Made by a program: the position numbers and the translations under genes | Notes under the pieces: generated by a model | Databases searched by the model: none | Seen by the model: the letters and a program-made list of their open reading frames with translations, nothing else | Told to the model about the DNA's origin: nothing | NCBI GenBank assembly: GCA_051294905.1 | Contig: CM119372.1 | Span: forward strand, 38,504,001-38,568,000 | Origin: Botryllus schlosseri | Taxonomy: Eukaryota | DNA: 64,000 bases | Reading direction: 5' to 3' | Part shown: positions 40,907 to 52,609 of the stretch, one piece after another | Layout of the letters: each line of letters begins with the position of its first letter | How positions within the stretch are numbered: the stretch's first letter is position 1

Positions 40907-41009
40907 GGTTCAGGGTAACAAATACTTTGACACTTCCTAAATGAGCTATAACATTATGAACAGTTGTTTTCATTCTTCATTACACATGACTGCTCCTCTT
41001 AGGCTACTC

Positions 41010-41166
41010 GTCATCTGATACGAGTAAGCGGTGTCTTACAAATTCCTAGAAGTGCGGGCCGTGCTACAAGTCTGCAGTTATGGAATTGAAAATAAGGAAT
41101 ATGGGCATGGTGTGAATGACCATTGTTGTTGACAAACACCATGAATACCACAAACAACAACAACAC
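41010..41166 (+). mobile_element. 5'-truncated SINE copy
   Basis: Aligns with the 3' halves of the SINEs at 21001 and 36220; (AAC)n tail. Confidence 0.8.
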
Positions 41167-41521
41167 CTGACTGCTGGATGATATTATAATTTCTCCGTCC
41201 CATTGATACATACGAGGCGACGACTACCACACTCCTGCTATATTGCATGTACCTATTGCGAGATTGAAGCGAATGACTTTCATTTAAAATATTAAGCGCA
41301 ATCACGACTGTCAATAAATAGCCCCGTTTTCTGAGGCGTAAGTTACCTACAGTAGGGATTCCTAACATGTGAGCCGTGGCTCCTAGGGGGCCATGAGTCT
41401 TTTTCAGGGGTGCCTTGGAACTTTTATCATAGAGTATACTAAATTATAACAAGAAAGTGAACTTTAAAAACTGAAGGAACAGGCGACAACCCATAATTCG
41501 ACCATATATTGTGGTCAAAAC

Positions 41522-43566
41522 CAGGGCTTTGGAGTCGGTAAATTTTACCACCGACTCCGGCTCCGACTCCGACTCCACACATTTTCAATATACCGACTCC
41601 GACTCCAACTCCTGAGTCTTCAAACGTACCGACTCCGACTCCTGGGTCTTCAGACATACCGACTCCGACTCCCGACTCCGACTCCAGCATTATTACCAAT
41701 TTACTTTGCAAATTATATGCCACATTGTCGGTTGAATGACTATCATACAACCATTAAACATATACAAACATATGATTAACGGTGGCATGCTAAATTGGTT
41801 TTTAGTGGCACAGCTCAAATTATCAACTATGCAATTAACATGAAAGAAAGATTGGCTAAATATAAATATAAGTTTTTATAACATGGACTCTCTAATATCC
41901 TGAAATGTATGGATCATTCAAATATGGAAGATATCCAATCCTGTATAATAAAAATGTAGATAAAAATTCAAGTGTACCTCTTGTGTATAAGTCAGCAACT
42001 AATAAAGATATTGAACCTACTAATTTTGTCATTGCACACTATACTGATTACAAGCACACACACTCTTACTACTAATAGATATTGGTCATAAATGGAATTT
42101 AGCCAAGTAGTCAAAAACCATAGCCTATGTCTAGTCTACATGCACTTAATCAAGTATTCAAGGATTGGGACTTGCAGTCTTTCTTAATCATTTGTTCGAC
42201 CCAAACAGCTCAGCTACAATAAAAATATTTTTAATTTTGTCAAGTGGGAAGCATCGTTTGGTCAAATTTACATCATTTTTACAATTTTACAAAACCAGCC
42301 GATGCATTTGCTCTGTCACAGTATATTGGTATAATTCCAAGAATTGCATCAATTTTGACTGCATCGCGAAAACGCATATTGCGATTTTCCTCCACTGTGC
42401 AACTGAGTTGTAATTTGCTAGTAATGTCTAATTTTATCTGAATCAGGGGTGGGCAACTTTTTCGGCCAAAGGGACACGTGAGATTTACGAACCATTGCGC
42501 GGGAAACTGGAATGTTGATAACCTTTTTTAGTCGTCCGATAGGAGCGAACCGAATTAGGTAACATTGCAAACAAGACTTATATTAATACGCTCTAAAATT
42601 GATAACAATATGTCATGCAACTGTGCAGTGCGTAATTAGGCCCTGGTCGCGCGAAGCGCGAAATTGTTTTGCAAGATAATGACTGAATTATATCAATATG
42701 TTGCTAGCATACATTGGGGGTCGCATATGTATACCACTGGGCTCATTTAGCAAGGACAGGATTATTCGACGTTTAGACATAGCAAAATCGACGGTATCAG
42801 TGAACAGGCCTCTATCATTTTGTGCAAATATTTTGTCGACGATCTCGCTGCGAGTGCACAAGCGAAGCCGCATGTTGGACGACACGTTATCTCCAAATTG
42901 CGAATATAGTTAGACTCAATTCTGTGAATAATATGTATTTATAATTTTCAGAACGGGGCTCAAATTCTGAATGCAAGAAATCTAGTGACAATGAATCATG
43001 CGAAGTACCGAGAAAAATTTCAAGTCAAATAAATTTGTTATGAAATATTCTATATTATGGTCATAAACGAAGATCTGCGATAAATGTGGCTGGCCCCTGG
43101 ATACGTCAATGCGTCAGAACTGATGTTTTAGTCATCATCAAATTTCGCGGTCATGCTAATCAAATTTAGGTTTGCCTCGCAATTGTACCTGATGTCATAA
43201 ATAATTTCGAGAATTACCTCGCAGGCCACACCTAACCTTCTCGTGTGCCAAATTTGGCCTGCGTGCCACGGGCTGGCCGCGCTTGATCTCTATCGTTATT
43301 AATAACAGTGATTGGTGGTACATAAAAATTATATTGAAAATTCTTTGAAAGCAAATGTTTTCATGATGGAGAAGTTGGAGGCGGAGTCGGAGTCGAAGTC
43401 AGGGTCATTCTCACAAACTCCGACTCCGACTCCAGACAGTATTTTCCCCACGACTCCGACTCCGACTCCAGCTATTATAGTTTTCACGACTCCGACTCCA
43501 TCAAGCGAAAATTACCCAGACTCCGACTCCGACTCCACCGACTCCGACTCCGACTCCACAGCCCTG
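41522..43566. mobile_element. hAT MITE with (GACTCC)n arrays; Charlie MITE nested at 42444-43285
   Basis: TIRs CAGGGCTTTGGAGTCGG / CCGACTCCACAGCCCTG. Perfect TSD GTCAAAAC. Confidence 0.92.
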
Positions 43567-43717
43567 GTCAAAACTAAGCAAGTTACACCCTAAGCAGAGT
43601 GAACTCGTTATGACATTGGTGTTGCCTTTACCATCGGCATATATTTCTAAATGCGTGCTTTGAACTATTTTGCTTTTAAGGACAAATAATAAACATAACT
43701 GTGTCTTGGATATTCAG

Positions 43718-43823
43718 TATGGCACGGGACAGGCAATTTCCACCAGCAGAGCAAAACCAAGCTGAACCATCACATTACCCACAGTACCCATTTGCAACTA
43801 CGCAACTGATATCACACAATTGA
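43718..43823 (+). CDS. Candidate terminal exon G (Pro/Gln/Tyr-rich tail)
   Basis: A phase-2 join to exon F gives (C)MARDRQFPPAEQNQAEPSHYPQYPFATTQLISHN*. The acceptor is weak and the region may lie within TE-derived sequence. Confidence 0.35.
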
Positions 43824-46800
43824 GTTTCGACCGAACAGTACGAAGACACTTTTAAAGGGCCAAGCCGCGCATTTCAAACTGGTCTCTGAAAAGGATTTCG
43901 TATAAATATCAAATATTTTGTTTTCTATTTTGTATGAAAATCATATGTTCCGGTGTTTTTTTCATTGAACACTCATTTCATGCACAATTCATTTTTTGCT
44001 CCAATCTGTAATATATTAGATGTGCAGTTAGATAAATTATACGGTATTATTTTGATACCCAGTAAGATTTTGTGGCTCCCTGAAGGCTTGCAGACTAGCG
44101 CAGGGGTTGCCCGGATTAAGAACCACAGGTATAATTGAAATCAACAGTAACCAAAGATATTTTCAATTACAGTCGTTGCTGTAAACAAATCAGTATCAAC
44201 GTTCAATATCATGAGAAGCTCTCGGGAAAACAGAAAAGGTTCGTCTTGAGTCATGTATATAGTCCCACGTAGTAGGGATTGTGCAAACCCCGTACATTTT
44301 TCGGAATCACGCTTGACACGAACGCATGACTTCATGTCAAGTCACAATGCTCATCGGGACACAATATTTCATTCCTATCTACGTCCAAGTTTGTTACCGG
44401 AGTTGTAGTCAGAGTATACGTCTTGGTGTCAACAACTGGACTGAAGAATTTTATTATGACTTTATCTTATGAAAAGTCGTTCGTAAAAGCCATGCCGTTG
44501 GGGCTAGTTTTCTACCCGGAAGACGTTGTATCTCGCCGCCTGTATCGTATTAAATACAATTTGCGCTTGCTTCGGAGTCGAGGCAATTTACTATTTAAAA
44601 CCTGAATAGCGTGGTATTTCAACTAAAATTCTCGGTAATCAAATTAATTTGAGAGGTTGAAGGTTTATCGTAGCTTGCTCCAGAATTTTCTCTGTGCTGC
44701 CACCCCAAAGTATAGTAAGTGACAGAAATTACAAATTCAAGGAATCGTGATAACAATGTTCGGAGCTCTGAAGAACTTCGGGTTTTTCAAAAGAATAACG
44801 TTCACATGGTACAATTCATTAACGTTCTTTTGCGCACTTAACCCTGTAAAACAGTGGTTCTCAAACTTTTTTGTACACGCCCCCCTTTATGATAGTGAAA
44901 AATTTCGCTAGGAATGTTGATGAGATAATTATCAAATATGAAGTTCGGACTATACACAGAGTTAACTATGGATAGGAGGTAAATTGTAAAACATCAACGT
45001 TTGCACACAGATCACAACCGTTAAAAGGAAGTTCGCACCATCCCTACTATTTAGATAAGATATAGAATATATTATTATAGGTAGCATTTATTACTATTAT
45101 TACTATTATATTAGTGTTTTCAAAACGCATTTACTTATGTACCAATTTGGATGTTATTAGCACACGAATATCAACATTGATCCATTGCATATCTCTTTAT
45201 GGATATAAAATTACGAATTGCGAAACGTTGGAAAGATCAGCATTCATCATTCATACATTCGTTTATGCTTTGCCCGCATGCCTTTAGATGCAAAATATTT
45301 TAGATATTTTGTCGAGCGGAGACCAGTATTCATTTAATAGAATCTGCTAGTATTTCGACTCGAATGTGGGCATTGGGCTTGTTCCACGACTATCGAATTA
45401 CCGGTTATATGATGACCTAACTGCTAGTATCCGTAATGATTTAAAAACTATTTTATTTGGCAGATTATTCTCTGATATAGGCCTACACGTCACTAGTCAC
45501 CACGTTGTATTTCAAATGAAGATCTAATTCTGACATAATTTGAAGAAATTTGCACCGGTAATTCATCGCTTTACTCCCCGTAACCATTTGTTTCGAAAGT
45601 TTGACATTACTTCCGATAGTTGCATTATAATGTCTGCCACGTCACGCCTTTGCCGATAGTCCCGAAAGGCTGCGTAGGCCTTTCGTCCAGGATCGAAATT
45701 TGAATTCGATGAAATAGCCTATGTCCCGCTGTTTGATTTCAGCTAGCAGACAGCTTCATATCGCAATAGATCAATCCAAATTGAAATACCAATGATAACA
45801 AATGAATTTGGATATACCTGATTCGATTCGGATGATAGCTTCCATATTTAAAAAGCTGCGATTCGACTTTCATACTTCCGTAAATACAAAAGTGGTTAGT
45901 GAATGAATGGTCGATTTTGTTACCTGGTGGTGAAAACGTCCGGGAACACTGATCTATATTAATTGGTTACCGTGGAAGTCTAATGGTTTTTCTAATGTTT
46001 GTGAAACAGGAGAGTCATCGACCTATTGTGCGACGGTAAGCCAGTCGCGCTTCAAGCAGGTCAAGACATCGCTCCGAGGGTAGCTGATGAGGTTTATCAA
46101 AAGATTAAGAGTTACGTTGCTCCATCTACAGAACAACAAGGATAATAATACAACATTGTCATAACGAATGCTGTAAGGTTGTACATATCAGGTGTTACGT
46201 CACCGTTGATAGATTTGATGCAGCTCTGAGATGTAAGACTTTGAATTTTGATCTTCCTTGTTCTGCACCAAGCAGACAAGGACGAGAGTGTTTAATTACA
46301 CCGACAATGAATTATTATTGAGTTTATGATAAGATGATCAGTAACGAAGTAGGCTACTATTTCTAATTTTATACATGTACGAATTTCTAAAATGGGTTGC
46401 CTTAGGGGATATCTATACTTCTTCTTCGATACTTTGAGATCAAGCAGTTTGTACATTTCATTTAGCATGCAAAGCAATATTTGGATGGACTTGTATTAAT
46501 TTTATTGGTGACATTGGCAAAAGCGGTTGATGCGTCGTCTTCGTCTCGGGAAACAACCTATAATTTGGAAAATTCGAGTCGCTTATGGCTGCAGTAGTGA
46601 TTCTTCGTTAAATGCAGAGATACATCTTGCAATTTTTCAAAGTTTTGACTTGCGATTGACTAACAAAAGTTTCCGGCTCCTTGTCTCAGTTTGAACGTGT
46701 TTTTTAAATCTATTTACTTGGGCAAAATCGAAATGCTTTTGATGTAGTAGTGGTATTGCTTGGTTATACTCTCCTCTTCTTGTAACGTGGTAGCAATTTA

Positions 46801-47103
46801 TGGCTTTATCATCTATAATATAACTAATTTGACAATATTCTAATATGCCTACATATGACATGCCATCAAAGTCATAACGGCGCATTTGCTGGTAGATTTT
46901 CGCTGATATTAATAGATCAAAAACGCTAGCTCACAGATTGAGATGCTCGGAACATATAGCTAAATATACCCTAATACCCATACCGACTACACATTCAGTC
47001 AAGTTGACTGCCACCGAATGCCGTACAAGGTGTTATTCCCGAAATATTGATTGATTTCTTGTCCACGTTTTTATTATCAATGAGTCTTTCTAATGCAGTA
47101 AAG

Positions 47104-47964
47104 CAGTGCTGGTTCTTAACCTGGGGGTAATTACCCCCAAAGGGGTAATTTACCAATTTCTGGGGGGTAATTCAAATCTTTCTACTTATAACGCCGCACT
47201 GAAGTATATTCAAACGTAAATATAAATGTGGGCTAACATATGTTTTTGCGAGCTTGTATATGTTTCGTTTCACTTAACACACCATGCCCGCTGTGATATC
47301 ATAGTAACCATTAATGATAATGAGTAACAGGGCCAAATGTAGTTTAGTATAGTGCTGGGTAAGTCCAAATTATTTTGCAGTAGTGCGGATCAAATATTGT
47401 TGCGCATGCTGACAAATTTAAAGAGAACAAGGGGTGTCTAAGTTTAGCTTTACACCTATAAAGCAGCAACAGCATCGTAGAAATATAGTTGCTAGTATTG
47501 AAAAGTGTAGTGGTGGTCTAGTCTAGTCGGTAAAATTAAGTCTGAAATCATCAAAAAGCCTTCGAAAAAACGAGGAGAAGATTTCGCCGCGTTTTGGGTT
47601 CGCCTTCAAAAATGAATAACCAATCTTTGTCATAATGGCATTGAACCTTCTGATTGCATTTCCTTCAACTTATTGCTGTGTAGTAGGTTTTTCTGCAATG
47701 GTATATCTATCAAAACAAAATGAGTTTGAGATTGATGATTACATGAGAAATGCTGTCTTGATTTTACCACTGGATAACACGAAAACAGGATCAGCCTTAG
47801 CATTGACTTCGCATTGATTTCAGTGTACATTATGACGGCATATTTGTGCTGTTTTACAATTAATTGAGTACAAGCTGTAATTTGTCATTTTTTGGAAAAG
47901 AGGTAATTGCATCCCGTCATTTTCTTCTTGGGGGTAACGATATGAAAAAGGTTAAGAAACACTG
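47104..47964 (+). mobile_element. Internally deleted Charlie/Buster hAT element
   Basis: CAGTGCTGGTTCTTAACCT ... AGGTTAAGAAACACTG. Perfect TSD CAGTAAAG. Remnant ALNLLIAFPSTYCCVVGFSAM at 47635-47817. Confidence 0.9.
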
Positions 47965-49648
47965 CAGTAAAGCATTGCACTGGTGCCGTTTAAGATTTCA
48001 TTTGGATGTAATTTTGTCGTAAAAATAAGCTTTTCATTATTAAAATCGTAGACACGTCTCATTGCACGCGTACGAAGCAATATCTGTTTTAGTTCCCTTT
48101 CAGTCAGGGACCTTTGTAATAAAACATTTCGGTGAATCATCAATTTCAGTATATCCGATGAACACAGAAAACTGAAGCAAGTGGACAGAATGAAAGATAG
48201 ACATCAGTTGAGTGCCTGCTATTCAATACTTTACCTGTTAATTATAGAGCTATTTGTTTAGTAGCTATTTAATCAGAAATAAACTGTCAGCAGATTAAAT
48301 TCATTCCTTGTTGAGCGAGGATTGTAAAGAATGCATGAAATGCTCTATTACACTCTATTATAATTGGCGAATTATTTGCATTTGACGTTTATATAGCCTC
48401 CTGTTAAATACTTCCTTGATTGCGTAACGTGAAACCCACCCCGCTGGAAATAATTTGGTATGGAATTCTGAGGCAATTTAAGCCTGCCCAGGTCGCATTT
48501 ATTATTATTTTCCTGGAGCTAATGTCCTATATCAAATATTGAAAATAAGGATACCCAGCTATCCTCATAATTTTCTTCCATAAAACATACAGCTTGCTGA
48601 ATAAAACTAAAATACAGTTCGAGATCGAGGTAGGCCTATGCAGTAAGGCATGAGTAATTCCTAGATGTCATTCAAAACACGATAACTATGGAATATACTG
48701 AATAATGAACGATGAGCCATATGTCCGAGAGAAAGATTTATTTTCATGCAATAGAAATACAAGACAAACAGACGGCAACAATGATGATACAAAAAAGCAT
48801 GCATGCACAGTATTCGGTATCAGATACAAATCTACACGATCTTGGATGTCACTTCACCTGGTCTGATCATACCCGCATCAAGCAGGTACAGCAGATGTTT
48901 TATCTCCTGTACTAATCAAGCTGGCTGTCCGACGTTTGAGCATGCGAAATAATGTAAAACGACAGTTGAGCATGGGGTTATTTAGCTTAGCGACAAGTGT
49001 CAGCGACCTTTTGCTAGCTTCACATTTTTAATTGTATTTCCATGAACGTCATATGATCTTTTTCGAGACCCAAGACAATTAGGATTTAGATCAGTGGTTC
49101 TCAATCTGGGGAGCGCCCCTTTGGGGGGCGTGAGAAATTGACAAAGTCTGTATAAATTGGGACTAAAGGTGTGTTTCACAACCAATTTGATAAGAAGATT
49201 GTTGAAGATAAACTTATTTCGTATTCAAATAAACTTGCCAAATACAAACTCCAGCAGTCACGCTCAACGGAGTATATAGGCTGATTTCAACTTCATTTGA
49301 GTAAATTCTTGATATTCCCACGTGTAAGTCATTCATTACTTCATAGCTTTGGCAGTAGCCTAAAGCTCGGTGCGCTGGGTATAGCTGTTGTTAATAGCTG
49401 GCGAACTGCAATGCCTAAGACAGACTTAGATGCAATATAGATTACCCGGTTTTGCCCTCAATAGGGCTACCCTAAATCAACAAAATTTAATTCAATTCCA
49501 AAACTGATCAAATTTAGCATGCCAGAATAGTCTTTCTGTACCAGCATTAGGATTATAGTCTCAGTGCAACCTACCTTGAAATATATTGATGTCCTGTTTT
49601 TTATTATTTTCAAACGAATTTTGTCAACAAATGTAAAAGACTGCACAT

Positions 49649-50267
49649 TAGGGCTGTTCAAAAATAACTTTTTTTCCTGAATCTTGCTGGTTACTTGATT
49701 AAATCGTTAGGTTGCCTTAAAAAACGACGCATACCAAATTTGAATTCATTCCGACAAATATTCGCGGGTTACGTAGAGTTTGAAAATTTTGGATTTGCCC
49801 AAAAACGCAAAAAAAAATTTTTCTCAAATTTTTTTGCCAACCCCATGAAATTGTTGGGCTGTCTTCAAAAACAATGCAAAACAAATTTGACTCAATTCCA
49901 AGCCGTAGAAGCGGAGTTATTCCAGTTTTTCGGTGATAGTTCATGGATTATCCACCAATCAAGGATAATCCCCGAATTTTCGAATAAAAACTGAAATAAC
50001 TCCGGTTCTACAGCTAGGAATTGAGTCAAATTTGTTTTGCATAGGTTTTGAAGACAGCCCAACAATTTCATGGGGTTGGCAAAAAAATTTGAGAAAAAAT
50101 TTTTTTTGCGTTTTTGGGCAAATCCAAAATTTTCAAACTCTACGTAACCCGCGAATATTTGTCGGAATGAATTCAGATTTGGTATGCGTCGTTTTTTAAG
50201 GCAACCTAACGATTTAATCAAGTAACCAGCAAGATTCAGGAAAAAAAGTTATTTTTGAACAGCCCTA
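49649..50267. mobile_element. Fully palindromic hAT MITE, 619 bp, same family as 25114-25728
   Basis: TAGGGCTGTTCAAAAATAAC ... GTTATTTTTGAACAGCCCTA. Perfect TSD CTGCACAT. Mirror ORFs 49695(+) and 49892(-). Confidence 0.95.
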
Positions 50268-51272
50268 CTGCACATCTTGAATGAAGTTTTAAACTTGGCG
50301 TAAGATATAGGCCTATCATATGTATAGACACTATTAGATGATGTCCGGCAAGATTTTTTTCAATTTTGGCCGTAGTCGGAATAGTACTTTTTTTATCCGG
50401 CTATAGTCTTTATTGATAAGCATGACTTATGTAACTAAATACCTACCGACCAACCAACCCCACGCAAGTAACCGCCAAGCCAGTGCGAAAATATACCAGA
50501 CATATTTATAAATTCACGGAACCACCGTACCGTGTAGGGCGGAGCATGGACCAGAGCCGGATTGGATATCCGGCCGAACTTTTTCATTTTTAGCCAGAGC
50601 CGGATAAGTAATTTTTCTGATACGGCCGGAGCCGGATCGGAGACGAACCTGACAATTGAACAACAGGATCGGAGTCAAACGAGACCGGAGAACTTGTCGA
50701 TACGATCCGCACTAGTGTAAGCAAGAGACGTAGCTTGAAGTCAGCAATGAACTGGAAGATGAAATGAAGATGAAATGAAATCAGTGAAACAAAGTCCTTT
50801 TAAAATGACATGAAACGTCGTCTTTTTCATCGGAATTAAAATAGCCATCATCAATCTATTGGTGGCAAATCCCACAAAAGATAAAACTCTGAAGACGATA
50901 GGAATAGCCTACTATTGTATTCCAAGGCATCGAAATGTTGTGGAAAAGCAGTGGTGTATTCCGTTCTGTTGTATGTTAATCCAGCTGACATCTTGCTGCA
51001 AAATGTATATCACAGTGTCACTAACCTTGAAGGATTTCAGGCATTGCTGACAGCGTGGAGGAGGTCATTGATCATATTCATCTCGATATAAGTAGTGAGA
51101 CTGATAAACCTGTATCTGTACTACAAATGAACATGTAAAATATAAACTAAGGATTTATAGTTATCCAACCACTGTAGAAATACTAGAAAACGCAGAGTCG
51201 AATAAATCAATTGGAATTTCGTATTATCTCGAATAAATGATATAAATGATCTACGTCTGCTCTCTTTCATTA

Positions 51273-51318
51273 ATGACGCATATGCATTCTGTACTATGAC
51301 GCATATGCATTCTGTACT
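51273..51318 (+). repeat. Perfect 23-bp tandem duplication
   Basis: ATGACGCATATGCATTCTGTACT twice. Confidence 0.9.
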
Positions 51319-52393
51319 TTGATATCAGTTCCTCTTTTATCTTCACTAAAATCGCAATCAAATCATAGACCATCTCTGCCACATCTCTGTCTTGTATACC
51401 TAGCTCCGTTTCAGCATTTTCCTCCTACTAGTTCAGGGGTTCTCAACCTTTGTTTAGCTGTGGCCCATTTTCCGGTTCGAAAATGTTCTGTGGCTCACGT
51501 CTTGTCCTAGAATGATATTCTTGTTCGATGCGTGGTAATCTCCAGCGCTGATATGTGGCATTTTTCTCTTACTGACCATATTTAAATGCAGACCTCTAGG
51601 CACATCAAATCGCGCAACGTGAGACGAAAATTTTCAAATTGAATAAATCTTCTTCAACAAACGATCAGCGACATAATTTTGGGCCCCTTCAAGCTCCCAA
51701 TTGTGGATTTTGGGTGCGGCAATACGGCCTGGTAGATCGTATAACCCGTGTGTGCAATATTTCGCCAGATAAAAATGAAAGAATTTGTATCAATACTAAC
51801 GCGAAGCGCATTTACCATTTTTCGGTGTTGGTTGTGTTCCTGATTTCTTTGAAGGTATGCGTTCCACAATAATTCCAGTATACCGAACTGGGATGCGTTT
51901 AGCATACATTATACAAATTGTTCATGTTTTAGTAATGACTTTCAGTGGGTTCATAAATGACGCTAATTATTTTTCGAGGATTCAAATAAACAATTTTAAT
52001 CAATACTACAAATGAACAACAATACGAAACACATTTAGCAAATTTCAGTGTAGAGCATAATCCAATTTCTTTGTGTATTATCCAAGTCTAGCTGAACAGA
52101 ATACATCTAACAAGCATATCCCAATTTGCTTTCGTGATGATCAAAGTTTTATAGTGTAAATCTACAGATCTCGCGATATTTTAAATTTAACGCATTCCAT
52201 AGAGAGTGTGAACGGATCAAATATTAATTAACCAGCGGTGTGTGAAATCGCCCGCTTCGAATCGGGGTCGAGAACTGATGAACACAGTGTGAAATGTTGA
52301 CACACTGTTATGTGTGCATGTGTTTCCAACAATAAAGCATTAGTAGTTATATAGATCGCTCGCGAATCGCCATTGTGGCTTATGGGCGGGGTG

Positions 52394-52609
52394 GTGACTC
52401 GTATTGAAAACCCGGGGTGGTGACTCGTACTTTCAGACCCCCCTTGTGGTGGTGACTCGTAATGGGTTCTTATGGGTGCGGCCGTGATTCGTACTTTCGG
52501 GTATAGGCTGCGGCGGTGACTCGTATTGAAAACTCGGGGTCGTGACTCGTACTTTCAGGTATAGGCTGCGGCGGTGAATCGTAATGAGAACTCGTGGTCG
52601 TGATTCGCA
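52394..52609. repeat. Subterminal array of 8 GTGACTCGTA-like motifs (mirrored at 61375-61590)
   Basis: Starts at 52394, 52420, 52452, 52484, 52516, 52542, 52574, 52600; spacing 26 or 32 bp. Confidence 0.9.

Noticed and set aside
41439..43593. GVGVG, PTPTP and DSDSD low-complexity ORFs
   Set aside because: Translation of the (GACTCC)n arrays of the 41522-43566 MITE.
49695..50221. Overlapping antisense paralogous ORFs
   Set aside because: Artefact of a palindromic MITE.
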